Part shown: positions 11,865 to 26,698 of the stretch, one piece after another
How positions within the stretch are numbered: position 1 is the stretch's first letter
Layout: the number at the start of each line of letters is the position of its first letter
Translations under genes and position numbers: made by a program
The notes under the pieces: generated by a model
Seen by the model: the letters and a program-made list of their open reading frames with translations, nothing else
Database searches by the model: none
What the model was told of the DNA's origin: nothing
Assembly: GCF_964204645.1 (NCBI RefSeq)
Contig: NC_134031.1
Coordinates: 17,843,807-17,907,806 of the forward strand
Length of the DNA: 64,000 nucleotides
Source of the DNA: Tubulanus polymorphus
Lineage: Eukaryota > Animalia > Nemertea
Reading direction: 5' to 3'

Positions 11865-11934
11865 GGCCAGTTCTGCAGTTATGAAATAATTGCAATTGAA
11901 TTCGTAAAAACTGACAACTGCAGAACTGGGTCCT
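11865..11934. mobile_element. Short palindromic MITE-like element
   Basis: ccagttctgcagtt ... aactgcagaactgg inverted ends. Confidence 0.5.
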
Positions 11935-12974
11935 GGCTATTAGGGCATAGTGGCCAGTTACTACTTTAATAACAAAGCTCAAATAACGTTCCCTCGCATC
12001 CCTAGTCGTTATTATTATCAAGACATATCTGGCTTTGCCGAAAAAATGAACTCATCTCGTCGCAGCTTTTTTCCGTAATGCGAATTCTGCTCATACACGC
12101 AGTAGTGCCGTTTTTAAACTGTAGATGGCGTCATGGTGTAGTGGGTTGCGTCTGTGATGTGAATTTTTACATTCCTTAGTATATTATTACATTCATATAT
12201 TTATATAATTATATATATATATATGTATATTGTATTTCGATTGTCGATATTTACTGTGATTTGTAAGTTCTATATAGGTGTCTTCCTGGTGAAGATATAC
12301 GTAGATGTTTTAGGTGAATCTTTAGCGCGTAGTCTCAATTTCCTGACATGGTGTAACGTCGTATTTACGCTTTACACGTATTCTGTACCCGGTAACTTAT
12401 TGATTATTTCGAATAAGTCGTTCGTTCTGGCTTATCCTTCTTAGATGCGTATTAATTTTTATTAGTCTTTATTGCATGTTTCATTGTGAATATCGTGTAA
12501 AATGTAGGCCCCGTTTCCGATGACACGATTCGGATTAACTATCAATAAAGTGTTTCGATTGATCTTCGACTAAAACGCATGTAACCGACGCCGAGGAAAT
12601 TTTTCCCGTAATGAATCTCTGGTCTCATGTTTCGCTAATTGACTTCTTACTTTCGTACGATTATACGTGCAGAAAAATTAAATTATTATATCCGCAGGTG
12701 GATGTCTTAAAACCTGCGCTTTAAAGCTCTTTTGATAAATGTATTTGAAAATTCGAAGATTGTTGAATGTGAACGACTATGTGTATGTATATTGCCTGCT
12801 CAACTAAATTGCTATTCCGTTGATTGATGGAAAATGCTGATTTTCAGAATTTATTGTTCGTGCCTGCAAAAGTTTAATCAGGTAAATGGATATAGAATTA
12901 TACGTCAGTAGTCAATAAGCCATTACGTTGGATATCAAATTTTCAGATCTCGCGTGTGAAATGATGCGACTCGA

Positions 12975-13195
12975 AGGCTGACAAAAAATTGATACCTCGT
13001 TTCTCATACCTCTGAGCTTACAAGTTGACCCGGCCAGTCGCCTATATACCTTGTATATTACTTTTTACAAAATCATGATCAAGCTAGCCAATATAGACCC
13101 GGCAGCTATAGAAATGAACTAATTACAAATTTTATTGCACTTTACAAAATGATCCAGCCGATTATGAGAAACAAGGTATCATTTCATTCTAGCCT
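12975..13195. mobile_element. MITE-like element with imperfect TIRs
   Basis: tgatacctcgtttctcata ... tatgagaaacaaggtatca inverted pair. Confidence 0.55.
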
Positions 13196-13492
13196 AAAAC
13201 GAAGAAGCTTTATTTTAGAGTCGATGGTATAACCAGGGAGGGACTGGCTGATGAAGATATCATCGGCAGGGAGTAACTCGATGAGATGAGCAAAGTGAAT
13301 TCTACAATATTTGAATGAATATAGTGTATTTGTCTATGAAGTGGTTTCCAGTTGATCAATTTAATTGTTACACACAGTTGTTAATACGGCAGCTGTGCGA
13401 ACTGTTAATTCAGCCACGTAGTATTCATTTGAACTACGAGTTATGATGGTATATTGCCCTAGATATCGACTTATATAGCGAACCCGGAAATT

Positions 13493-14063
13493 AAGCCGCA
13501 TTCACACTACCACTAGTTAGACCGGTCTTAATGGGTCCGTACCTGGAACTGGTCAAATTTGGAACAGACCTTATCAGAGTATGGGTTCACACACGTGTTG
13601 CTAGATTGGCTGCAAATAGTTATGACTTGCTCCATAAGATGTCACCATCTGTATTTTCACCCAAGATTTATATCTTAATGATAGATTTATCCTGGCTGTT
13701 TTTTAATTCAAAAGTTTTGATAACCGCAGTTTATCATTATATGTGGACACATCAATCTATGGTAAATTCTAGGACTTATACAAATGATTAAAAGACCGCT
13801 ACTCCTCGAGGAACTCACGCAATAGACAGAGTTTAAGATTCATGATATTCTGTACATTATTTCTTCGGCAATATAGAAATATTATGTGTATATTACAATT
13901 AAATTCATACTGCAGACCTGGTACCAGTTTCAGTCTTTTAGGCTGGTCTAAAATGGAACTTACCTAGTTGGGTCAAACTTTTTACTGGTGTGAACACTTG
14001 TTCCGTTCCTAATTGGAACGGGCCACATTTAAACCGGTCTTAATAATGTAGTGAATGTGCCTT
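13493..14063. mobile_element. MITE-like element with imperfect TIRs
   Basis: aagccgcattcacactac ... gtagtgaatgtgcctt inverted ends, with subterminal accggtct motifs at both ends. Confidence 0.5.
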
Positions 14064-15750
14064 GAATTTCAATATGATTTGTTTACGTATTGTAGGCCTT
14101 AAAGAGCCAACAAGTTAGAGAGATTCCAATGAAAATGAGAATGTTGTTTGTAGGTGAATGTGGACACAGTTCATCAGTAGATACAGTTGTATGATGACGA
14201 TACGAGATGTAAATTTCATTGAAATTAAGATAAATATGAAATGAATATATTATATTTATTATTTACTATGTATATATATGAATGCCTGTTGAAAAGTCGA
14301 TTTAGATCGTGTAAATAATGATGAAAATGATATGAAATGCTTATATTTCTCAAATGTATGTATATATTGCTATAAGCATGAGATAATTAATTACCATTGA
14401 TAGAATCATGACAGTGAAATATCCTCAAACTGAAATTATTGTTAAGATCTGGATTTGCTTCCGAGAATCCGATCAACTGGATCAATGATCCCTTCTCTGA
14501 AATCAAAAATGTAAATGATCATTTTTACATCCAAATTACGATCAATGACCGAAATTGGTGTCTGTTTGTTTGTGTGGTTTGTTTGTACTGAAATAAAACC
14601 ATATGAATGATGAAATGCTAGTACGAAAAAACACTTGCTGTTTTACTTCTTTGTGGTACACATTGATAATTTTCTTGCTGCTGCCAGACTTTGCCCTAGA
14701 CAACGGCAGAGAGCTTCAGCATGGTACCATACCCAGAGGAGGGTCCATGATTTTCAAAGGAGCTACTCCATTGGTCATTCAGCTGAGCTGAACTTTCAGC
14801 ATTCGACACCTAACTGCAATATACAGGGGCCTTCCCAAGAAATATTTGGAAAGGTAAATCTCATTTCCATGTATTCTTAACGTTTTAAGCACTACTTCGC
14901 ATATAATCTCCAATATCAATGATGTACCATCACTACTCTGGAATTGGCCCAGATTAAATTCTGAAAAGAATTCTCACTAGCGTAGCTATCAGGCCTACAT
15001 CTTGTAGTTCTTTGAAAATAAAATTTCCAGGTACTACCTAAATAGGCTACGGCAACAACTTTTAAACTAAAACTTTCAAGTACTACACCTAAATTATCAC
15101 TCTTAAACTGAAATTTTCAAGTAGAGAAAGGAAACAGGTTCGTTTTCTGAAAATAAAGAATGAATTAAGTTTATCTAACCTGTTTATATGAAATGCAGAT
15201 ATATACTGACTTGGACTGTGTTAATGATTAGTGAGAATATCGGGTGGTATATTTTGGACTTTCATATGTGATAGCAGAAATACTTTGACACAGAGAATGA
15301 CAATTTAAACATTGAGGTTTCAATTTTTCCTCAGTAAACATAATCAAGCAACCGTATAAAAATACTGAAATTTCAACTTCTCTCTGACAAAGGATATTCT
15401 TAGATAGGGGAAGGGGTTCCGCGTCGACTCGTCGTTTTGTACCGGTACGTAAAATATTTGTTGAAGTTTCAGTAACGTGCACGAAAATTTCAAAGAAATT
15501 AAGAAAACTTAAACACAACGCAATTGCGTTTTCTATTTTTCTTTTTTATTTTCAAAATAAAAAAATTGAATGGTAGACAGGACTATTGATATCGATACAA
15601 AGTATACATTTCAGAAACATTTTATTTTTATTTATTTATTATTTTATTTACACTCAAACCCATTACAGGTATAAGAGGGACAACACAAGATTTACCGCGA
15701 GAGACTTTTTATTGCAAATGAACTAGAACATGGCGTATTTAGGTTCCAAT

Positions 15751-15782
15751 TACGAATACGAATACGAATACGAATACGAATA
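15751..15782. repeat. (TACGAA)5 microsatellite
   Basis: Read directly. Confidence 0.9.
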
Positions 15783-16106
15783 TTTATTACACACTCCAAC
15801 CATTCCCATGGTATATGGAGGAAAAAACAGTATTTACAATTATTTACAAAAACAGTAGATAAAAGCACTTTGAAACATAACAAACGTTATTTACAACATA
15901 CTATTTATACACACTACCGGAGGGCCGCAACACCAGCTAGTGCTGCCACCATGCGATCGCGCAACGTACCAATGCACTATTTCCTAACGCGGCAACAAAC
16001 AACATTCATGAGGCACTGAGGCCAGCCACGAACACAAAAACTAATCAGCGTAGCCTACATTTACTATCGTTTATTGCTGACGATTTTAAGGGCAATTATT
16101 GTGAAG

Positions 16107-19100
16107 ATGACCCAACACCTTCCAGATGATAGCGGCAAGGAGATAAATACGAATGAATCGTCGGCTAAATTATTAGATAGTCGTGAAAAAACGAATGAGA
16201 AAACATCAGCCGGAGGTGGATCGGCGAGCAGTAGCAGCAGCTCCGTTGGAAACGTCCCTGACGTTCAAACATTACAAGATTCGCACAAGCCTAAAGTGAG
16301 TAGATATTTGAATAATCATAAACTATGGATGATATAGTTTAATTCATGAATTTTGAGTCGTAAAAAGTAAAACAAAAAAAAATCCTGCCGATCTGTCTTC
16401 AATTAGCCTAATTTAATTTTAAGTACCATAAGAATAATGTAGGCCTATTAAGATTAAGGTTTTGATAAAATATTTTCGAAAATGGGATATTATAATTCCC
16501 GCCTTTAATGAGCTAATCATCATGTCTTTGTAATAAGTAGAGCAATTTCCTTTCTTCTCGGTGCAGTCCATTCTACTCCCTCCGAATTTTTATGCCTGAT
16601 GTTATTTATCTAAGTTATTCTTGGTCAGTTTATGTTAGATTCCTTTTAATAATCGATTAACGTATTTGAAACTGGACTTCATATCTTTCGGTTCATTCTT
16701 TATGGTTAATTCAGTTATTCAGTGGTTAATTCGGTGCATTTTACGATAGCGGCCCAGCGGTACGACGCGCGTAGTTAGACAGAGGGTTGTGGCTGACACA
16801 CCCCAGTGACAGCCAATCAGAGAAGGCCATTCCCCACACCTCTTAAATCAATATTTCATTTAGAGTGAACTAAAATCGTGTCACACGTGAATTCAAAACG
16901 TTCTCACAATTTGTATTTGACTAAACCTTTAATATCTACGAAAAGATAAAAGCTTGTTTTACCACTTCAGGCTTATCACGAATCATGAAATATCATGTTT
17001 ACCTACTACTTAGACAGAACCATGCATTATGGGTGGCCACTTATCTGGAAATCAGCGAATTTTCTTATCTTATAGTTAAAAGTCTGGAATAGTTTGGAAT
17101 TTTGTTTAAAAAAAATACTAAAAAAACAGGGAGAAGTCAGTGAAATTTGATGAGGTAGCCTAGTTAGGCCTAAGTTGTGTGTAAAATCAAATGGTTTCCA
17201 TCTATGTCTTAATGTGTTACCTGTATTTGACTGAGTTAAATTGATAGAATTCTTAGCAGATCAAGTCAGGGAAAATAAAGTGCATGTCAGGGAATAGTCA
17301 GGCAAAAAGCAAGTCGAATAAAAGCGATGTAGCCACCCACACATGATTAGGCCTATGATATTGATTTTGAATTGATGTCTCTCGGAAATTTCTTTTTTCC
17401 TGCGTTGGCGTTGATGAAAATTAATTAGTTGTGTTCCCGAAGGTTTTCCGCCGGGGTGGTCTAAGCTGGTTTAGCCTGGTTTTTATTAGATTGATGTGAC
17501 GTAGGCCTACAGAACCTTTCTCGAATATGAACGTAATAATTTCGGAAATTATTTTTTGTCCACCTCTATCAGAATGGTCGATCCTATGACTCCTTAATTC
17601 CTTTAAAACTCCTTAAGAGGAAATACTTTTAAAAGTGCTTGAAAACTTCTTTGATTTGAACAAAATAGGGCCTACCCAAAACAGGCAATTGGAAATTTAG
17701 AGTTAACTACGCCAAATCAGAACAGTTGGAACTAGGATTCTTTTTGCCCAATTAGGCGGCTACCGAACTAGAAACCAAATTTGGTGTAGTTGAAAGGATA
17801 AAATTTTGCTTTTAAAAAACCACCAAATTACTGGTTAACTGAGATAAACAGTACTAATTTAGGGGGGAGTCTAACGTTGTAATTCGTAAATGAAAATGGT
17901 GCAGACGTTTCATCGAAATTTGAAAAATATTCTTCATTAAAACTTCTTATATCCATGAATGACTGATTTGTAGAGACCGTGTCGTGGGTGGATTGACTTT
18001 TTTTCTTGATTCATTGATTGTATTTCATACATCAGTTGTACGTAGTATCGAATCTCTGTGACACGAGATGAGAAACACCTGTCGTCTCACCGATATCGAT
18101 CTTCACATTTGACAGATGAGAATTAGCCGACCCAACTTAAACATATGTTGCGCGATTATGTGTCTTTTGTAGCATGAAATTTGATTCCGAGTGAAATGAT
18201 ATGGTGAATGAGTGAAATGTATTGCTGTTCCTTACAACTTCATAAATCGGTGTGAATGATTTTAAACTTACAACTCATTTACTTAATACAATCGAAAGGC
18301 ATAATTTACCCACCAAATTCACCACCTTGTTTATTTCGAATGTTCAAACTTACCTTTGAATTAGTTTTAATTGAAAGTAGCCTATATAAAGATAGATTGG
18401 GGTTATACGCCTATTCGCTTAATCAATCATATTTTTTAGAAAAATATTTTCTTGTCGTTTGAATAAATGTCAGGGGTTTCATACTCGTGTCCTTCGATTT
18501 ATAGGCTGAAAGAAAAGAAAAAAAACCAATGGGAACTCAGCCAGATATCATGTGCTGGGATATAACATTTTCCAGTTATTTTGGGATATAGGCCTAACTT
18601 GTGCGCAGTAGATGAATGAACTATTGCTGAAATTCTTGTTCACAAGCCAGTCTTTTCATGTATTTTATACATAACCTGCGTGAGAACATGAAAAGAAAAT
18701 GACCTTGTTTTCTATAGGTGTGTGGAGGTGTGCCAGAAAACCGTTCTCTGATAGGTCACACAGTCTGGGGGCTTGTTTTCTGATATTTTCAGTTATAAAA
18801 GCTATTCATTCAATGTTCCATTCAAATATACCGTATTTTGACATTTTCGCTTTGGCAGTTTGACAAGTGTCGACTAATCTAGTCTATAGGTGTATAATAA
18901 GTTAGAATTTTGAATGTTCTAATGTATATCCGTCAGACGGTTTCAATAATTTATATGTCTCACTTTTTCTGAAAGAAAATTCTATGGTTCACTTTGATGC
19001 AAGGTTAAAAGGCAGGTCTTATCGGGCATTGAGTAGGTTTCGATTTTAGAGAAATCGTTGTTCACTTCGATATTCGAGAAAATCGAAGCATTTTAGTTTT

Positions 19101-22100
19101 TCGAAAAAATGTTGCCTCAAAATCCCCCCCAAAAAAATTCAGAATTGGTTAGCCCTACTATCCGGTTCTGTAGACATGTCAGCCTGCACGATGCCCCTGT
19201 CGGATGTTATCATAAAATCATGGAAAACCCAGTGATTTTCCCGGATAGCCCGGATAAAGTGTTTTCATCTCTAACCTTCTCTTGTCCTTCAGCATCCTCT
19301 AAAATTATCATTTATTCTGTGCGCATGCTTTTTCGCTGATTCCGATTGGTCATTAGCGTTTACGTCATTGCCAGCTTAGAAAGAGAAAACTGGTTTATGA
19401 ATCTATACAAACGAATGCTTCGGCGCAAATACCTGTAAACACTGTAAACAGTTCGGATATTTATAAACGTTCTGCTGCGCGAATTTGATAATTTATTGGG
19501 TAATCGTTTAAGTCGGAAAGATGCAAGAAAAGAAGGCAAGTGATAAAATACTCGTAACGGTGTTTAGTAATAAATATGAGAGAAAAAGTGAAGGCATGGA
19601 ATTTTCGGGTTATTTGGTTCGCGTTTAGTAATGTTCATCCTTTTACACGAAATAGACAAGATTTCGATATCAATCATTAATGCATGAATTTCATGTTTCC
19701 AATCATCAGAGGATTCATTCTAAAGGGTATTACCACTGGCAATGAATGAGGTTCGAGAATAGCAATTTGAAACATTTTTTAAAATTTTTTAAAAGCGAGA
19801 AATGATAAGTTATTGAAATCAGTTAATTATTCTCCTGAAAATATGTTTTTTAACGTTTATAGGCCTATCTCAGTAAACATTAGAGACAGTTGGCGGCCTT
19901 TTGAGTCGGAAAGAAAAATGTATTGGTTCTAACAATCAATCACCTCCGATCAAGTGTGAATTTATTTTCAACCCAAAGTTCACAGTGAGTAAAAAAAAAG
20001 AGAAACTTTATCCTCAAAAGCAGAAGATGAACTTTAGAGCGTATACTCCTGTGAACTTTTCAAGGTTTATGTCAGTAATGAGATCTGTTGACCGAGCTAC
20101 GACCCTGTAAACGTTTAAACTCGTAAAAACAAGGCAGTTATTGAGTCTTCCTGACCTTTTTTTAAATGGCATATGCGTTGTTTCTTTATGTTTCAGAACC
20201 TGACGCGATGTTTGGTTCAGTGTACTTTTGCTGTCACGTTTGGATCGTCGTTACTGTTCGGCTACAATACGGCTGTGCTGAACACCCCAGCTGAGGTTCG
20301 TACGTTGTCAACAGCTGTTTATGTTTCAATTTTGATAAACCGTCCATGTGAACGGTCTATGTGATCCGTTAACCCATTTCAGAGTGCACTGATACAACAT
20401 GGCAACATCTGAAATTATGATTAGTTAGTTTATGTTCCTCGTGATATGAAAATGGAATTACTGGTGACCCAATAACAATTCTATGAAAACAAACATTGTA
20501 TTCTGTGTACATGCCCTGCCATAATAAATCTATTGATGAATTCTGCGTATATCCCCGTTATAACAAATAATGTATTCTGCGTATATGCCCCACATTATCA
20601 AAACTAAAAGCAACAGCTTTAATCATAGTAAAAATACATCTACATTTCAGACGATTCTTCGGTTTTATAATCAAACCTACGCGCAAAGATGGGGGGTGGC
20701 TCCGAATCCGAATCTACTCGAGCTGCTGTGGTCAGTGTCCGTCGCGGTGTACGTCGGCATCGGTCTGATCGGAGCGTTCTGTTCCGGTTTTGTCGCCGAT
20801 AAAGTTGGAAGGTAAGGGAGGTCTGAAACCGAGGAGTGATTACCAGAGCGCAAAATACGATTCTGTTTTGAATAGGGGTCGATTTGAATAATGTGGGACT
20901 TTTTCCGGTCACTGTCTTCTACATCTGGTCATTCAAACTCTAGCACAGTGTTCCCACGACTCATTGATTCCTTAAAAACTCCTTTTAACAGATGCTTTCA
21001 AATGTGCTTGAAAACTACACAAAACGCCCAAGACTTCTTCAATTCTGAGAAATGGGCAATTTGAAATTTACGGTAGACTGACGACTAATCGGCACATTTG
21101 GAACTAGAATGTTTTTACCCCAATTTTACCCATTTTCGGAATTAGAATCCGAGTTTAGTAGTGTACAGTAAAGGATGAATTAATGGTTTAGCAAATAGAC
21201 AGCACTGTAATTGGAAAATGGTGCAGAAGCTTCCTCTAAATATTCTCCTTAAAAACTCATCAAGAAATGACTGATCTGTAGGGACCGTGCAGCATCTTTT
21301 GTAATATCATATCCTCAAGCTAGATCGCTTTTATTATTCTTCTAGGAAAAGAGGTCTAATCCTGAATCACATCATTATGTTCGTCGGTGCTTTATTGGAA
21401 GGGTTAACGAAAGTAGGTCATGCGCCTGAATTATTAATAGTCGGTCGAATGTTTGTGGGCTTTAATTGCGGTAAGTGTTGACAATAACTTGACCCTTGTG
21501 CGTACTATAAGTGTAATAAATAATCAATATTATTGAATAGTTGTAAGCGTAGTAACCTAGATAGCAAGTAAACAAACGTAAATAGTGTCCAGTCTACTAC
21601 TCATTGTCCACTACACGTTTTTATGCTTTTAGTGTCTACTAGAAATATCTAGTTCAATTTTGAGGTCGAAAAGTCGATTTCAATTTACCTGTGGCTTTTT
21701 TGTCATTCATAATCAAATAAATAGCTCTTGGTGTCAACATGTTTTTTTATGTCTGGCGGTCTTCAACGATCCCCACAAATAGCCTACTTTTTATTGAAAT
21801 ACATAAATTCATTTGAATACCCAGCGATGAATGAATGTCTTTTTCAGTCTACCTTCTATACTGCTTTTTTCTATGAAAATGAATGAAAGTTCATTTGGTT
21901 TTTTACGCCGTTTTTTTACAGGATTAACCGCTGGCCTGGCTTCCCTTTATTTGGCCGAAATTGCTCCACAGAAATTACGAGGAGCTATTGCCTCCTGTCA
22001 TCAGCTTTTATGTACGATCGGCATCCTGTTAGCTCAAGTACTAGGAATTGAAGAGTTATTGGGTGAGAATTTGAAAATGATTTGGATAGAAAAATTTACC

Positions 22101-23903
22101 AATTCTTTCGGGAAGAAGAAAATGTATTCTATACATGGGCTGTTTTTTTTAGGTAATGAAAAACTGTGGCCGTTGTTGTTAGCTTTCACGGGATTTCCCG
22201 CATTGATAGCTGTATTCTTGCTTCCATTCTGCCCGGAGAGTCCACGATTTTTACTTCTAAAAAAACACAACGAAGAAGATGCGAGAGATGGTAGGCTGTG
22301 TTTGTAATGGAATGAATTATCTAATGAAAAAAAATCAAGCTATAATTGGTCTATTCATATCTCTTTTATTATTCTTCCAGCCCTGAGAAGGTTGAGAAAC
22401 TCCACAGATATAAATAACGAAATCGAAGAAATGAAACAAGAGGCGAAAGAAGCGCAAGCGTCGGGCACTTTTACTTGTTGTCAGATATTTCAGCAGCGGG
22501 ATCTGCGAATGCCTCTGCTGATTGCAGTCGTGCTGCAAGTAGCGCAGCAATGGTCGGGAATTAACGCCGTAAGTACGATTTTAACAATTTCATATTATCA
22601 GTACCCTCTAATTCCGTGAAATAGAATCGTTCATTTTCGTTTCGTCGTAGGTGTTCTTCTACTCCGAGGTCATATTCAAAGATGCCGGCCTTACAGTGGA
22701 AGCAGTGCAATACGCGATCCTGGGAACGGGTATCATTAACGTTTTAACAACTGTGGTCGCTGTACGTATTACAACAAAGTATTTGTATTGTGTGTCCGTT
22801 GATGAAAATTTACAATGTGTTTTAAGCACAGCTTGTTATTAAGCAAATAATACTACCGTTTCATTTCGACCTTGGCCCAGTTTCACAAAAAAACTCACAT
22901 TTTTTGTGTGATCGTTATTGGTCACCTCATGTTTTCAGTGAGGACAACAATTTATACTGAACTGTTTTTGTATTTTTCTCTCATGTAGCTCCCTCTCGTT
23001 GAGAAACTCGGACGACGTATGCTGTTGATCGGCCCAATGATAATGATGGCGATTTCTTTAGTAATTCTAATCATCTCCATCAATTTACAGGTAAAAACAC
23101 ATTTCAGCCCTTCAATAAGCGACGTTTCTCTGAGTTATATCTGATATTTCGAACCATAGTTTCTGCATTATTTAATATATCTAATCATTTGCTCTATTTT
23201 TTCATTTTTACGCAGGCACAAGCGACTTGGTTGTCGTATTTGAGTATAGTTTGTATACTGGTCTATGTGATCGGATTTGCCGTCGGGCTCGGACCTCTGC
23301 CAGGTTTCGTCGTGGCCGAATTGTTCCGGCAAGAACCTCGACCTGTGGCGATGAGTATAGCGCAGTGCATCAACTGGTCGTGTAATTTCATTCTTGCTCT
23401 ATGCTTTAGATTTGTTCAGGTAAATACATTCACCATTCACTCGAGAGACAAAAATGTTATTCAGAGTCCCTACAACTCCTTAAAATCTCCTCGTCTTCAG
23501 AATGGAAAATGCTTGGAACTCCTTTAATTTGACCAATTTGCCAAAAACTCCTTTAAATCTCCTTATAAACTCTTTATATCCTGGATCTGTAGGGAGGGAC
23601 CCTGTAATTAAAAAATTTGACATCTCTATGATGGTTTTAATCGATCTATTTTAGGCTCGATGCAAAGAATACACGTTCATCATTTTCATCATGATCATTA
23701 TCGGTAGCGTGACATTCATTTTCTTCTTCGTGCCGGAAACGAAAAATCGGTCGTTCGACGAAATCGCGCACGAGATCGGAAAACCGCTCGGACATCGCTA
23801 CAAGCAGCGAATAGCGAAAGACGATCCTGAGAACAACGCGACGAACGTCGATTCGCATGTGATGCTACTAAAAAATCGCTCGGGCAAAGAATGCAAAGTG
23901 TGA
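16107..23903 (+). CDS. Facilitated sugar transporter, SLC2A/GLUT family, ~568 aa; exons 16107-16295, 20197-20295, 20651-20811, 21346-21470, 21922-22062, 22153-22290, 22381-22568, 22651-22761, 22989-23090, 23216-23419, 23655-23903
   Basis: Sugar-porter motifs FGYNTAVLN, DKVGRK, YLAEIAP..LRG, PESPRFL, QQWSGINAVFFYS, EKLGRR, AELF, VPETKNRSFDEI. All intron phases are compatible. The paralogue number cannot be assigned. Confidence 0.92.
17031..17340. mobile_element. MITE family with CAGGGTGGCCA ends; other copies ~34474-34737, 39511-39776, 43178-43422, 44158-44350, 45085-45163
   Basis: Shared termini (ca)gggtggccac...tggccaccc(tg) and internal 'cctggaaatcagggaa' and 'tagcagatcaagtcagggaaa' blocks. 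Confidence 0.7.
19521..19535 (+). CDS. Candidate alternative first coding exon of the GLUT gene (MQEKK) with a GC donor
   Basis: ATG CAA GAA AAG AAG|GCAAGT is phase 0, in frame with exon 20197. Reverse CCAAT (ATTGG ~19345) and CRE-like TTACGTCA (~19360) lie upstream. Confidence 0.55.
20945..21290. mobile_element. MITE family with CAGGGTCCCTAC-like ends; other copies ~17570-17981, 23462-23604, 39092-39267, 41000-41338
   Basis: Shared 'ttccttaaaaactcc' and 'gaatgactgatctgtagggacc(c/g)tg' blocks. Confidence 0.65.
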
Positions 23904-26537
23904 TCAACTATTCGTGGACTGATAGATACACGACGCTGGCTTTCATAGAAAAAGATGTTTGTTAGAATTGCTGCATTCAGCAAACACTCTAGAGCATATA
24001 TCTGTTGTACTGTTTTATCTGTTAAAAAGTCCGACAGAATTACACAGAATGCGCATTACACCGTGGCAGTGCGAGTAATTTATAGTATGTCTGAACCACA
24101 GGTGTGAGATCAAATTTAGTGAGAGAAAGGGGCTATTATTTCTCTCATCTTGTGTATTATCTACACTAGTTGCCTGTGCTAGGTACATGTATATGTAACA
24201 TGTTCGTCATGTGGATGACGTGTGTGAGAAAGTACGATTATGATTGGAAAGATTGTTGTTACGGGTTCGTTCCGAGTCGAGATGGATGCGCGCGCTCGTC
24301 TACATCCATCCGTTCTGAATATATTTGTGATTGTTGGGTTTTCGATGATATAAGATGCAGCGGGATATTGGAGAGATTTATCTGCGCTGCGCTGTTACGT
24401 AGCTAGATTATTGCTTTAAGATTACATGTGCTCGTTATAACTTATAAACTTGTGACGTGCATCTTGTCCATTGTGTTCAAGTAGATAGTAGCACTAACTG
24501 AGAAATCAACTCTTGTGAGATATTGATCAAATCAGTGATTCATTTCTTGACAAACACAAATACATTTTATTTACTTTTGTTTAATCATCATATACCACAT
24601 TAATAAGAACTACACATAATAGATTATGCTAATTAAATTGCTATCGGTCATAGGGTAATGATTGACATACAGTGTATTTGTTTTTCTAAGTTGTTCGTTT
24701 ACTTAGGATTTACACTACGAGTCACTGAATCTTTCTGTAGTTGCTCAACATAGTCCTGAACTCACTTTCACAGTTACCTGGTATTTATAGATTAAACCTT
24801 GGGCCAGTCGTTCACATAATGTGATATATTACTTGGAAAATTTGTGATTAAGGTAACTTGGTGAAGTTGCGTGTTGCTTCCTCATTATTTCATTCATTTT
24901 AAGGTAATTTGAGTCTAAATTATGAAAAATTGAGTCTAAAATGAATATTCTATATTCTGAACAAGATGAACTCTCTCCCTCTCCTTCTCTGGGTTGAGTT
25001 ATGCAGAAATGATCTCAAAATGAACGAAGCAACATCTGCAAAACAAATACTACAAAACGAACTTGGATAATTAGGATATTGAATCTACTTAAATCATTTA
25101 ATAACTTCATTATTTTATAGCCTTTCAACGGGCAGTGATCATGTTTTGTTGGTCATAGACTCTGAAATGATGTACGGAGTTTAAAAAAAGGTTATAAATC
25201 GTTCAGAACAGAGCCTGTGACTGCGTCAAGATCTCACTATTACTACGGTAGACTCGTCCAAGCTGGAATTGGTACATTTAATCCGCTGAGTTGACGGTGG
25301 ATTCTTAAAAGTTTCAGAGTCCATGGTTCGACAATCTCTTTTAAGTGAAAGTTGTCGGGGAAAATGGGTAATTTATAAAGACAATCGGTAAAAAACATCA
25401 TGGAACGTACCAGATTAAAGCGGGTCTACCTTGTATCACTGGTTTTTAGGTAAGAATTATTTTCACGTTAAAAGACACATCATTATCTGCTGTTTTTCAC
25501 TTACTCTAGTATTAACGATATTCTATATAGAAATTCTCAGGTTACTATTAATGTTTCCTGTAGCAGATTCTCACTTTTTAGATTCTCACTTGTACATGTT
25601 TGCATAGATCTTTGAGTTGAAGGATTAAATCAACATTTCATTTCTCATTCCGCACACTCGTACAGAAAATCTCTTTTGACCCATTTTGATTACCGGATGC
25701 ATAATGATACCGTACTAATATTCTAAAAAAGTACTAAGAGATTTGGAATTTTGAGACGAACTGTTTACAAACTAGATTAGGAATCCAATGTAAGAATCTC
25801 AGTTATTGGAGCTGGCTGATCTTTCCATTTTAGTTTTAAAAATCTTGAATACTTTATATACGATGTATTGTCTTGTTTCTAAAATAAAATATATTTATTG
25901 TGCGGTTTGGTCAACTGTTGTTTTAGTATATTTGTAACAGACGTCTATGTTTGGTTCATCTAATGAACAACAATAACTGTGTGTTTAAGTGAACTAACTC
26001 ATCTTTACATACAACTGGTTCAAACATCTCTTATGTATGTTGATGTAGAGGGTTTCCTAATAAAAAGAAGTACGATTAGAAATAAGCGTCTAGTTTGATG
26101 AATTTGATTAATTTTCATGAAGGATTTTTTACTACAAGATCGGGGAGGTTTAGATTGAGTACTGCGGGCCATATATATCCCGGCGTGTTCATACTACCCT
26201 GAGTTAGACCAGTGACCTAGAATGAAATGCCTCCCCTTGTGCCCTATTACAGTAAATATCTGGATTAAGGGTCAGCAGCCCCACTTAATCTGCTAATCTA
26301 TTGTTGGGGGTACGATTCTATGACACCGGTCCAAATGTACCTGGAATGGGCCAAATTTAAAAACTGACCCCATCAGAGTGTGCGTCATCTGATAAGTTAT
26401 TGAGTTGGTGGAACATTGTGATATTTTGATATATCTGATGGACCTTTTTACTGTGGCTTCCGTATTTCCAAAGTCCGGATATATTTACCTTGTACAAGGG
26501 CAAGGACTCTTTCGGAGTTAAGCAGGCCACTTTATCC

Positions 26538-26698
26538 ACAGGGACTTGTCACAATTGATAGTGAATGAATAAAACCAATATCAATGACCAGGTCCACTAT
26601 CCCTGTATAATATAAAAACAGTTTTATTATACAGTTGCAGGGATACTGGTACCCCCATCATTGGTCTCATCCATTATCAGTCGTGACAAGTCCCTGTG
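26538..26698. mobile_element. Palindromic MITE-like element
   Basis: Perfect 16-bp TIR CACAGGGACTTGTCAC / GTGACAAGTCCCTGTG, with further internal symmetry. Confidence 0.65.
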
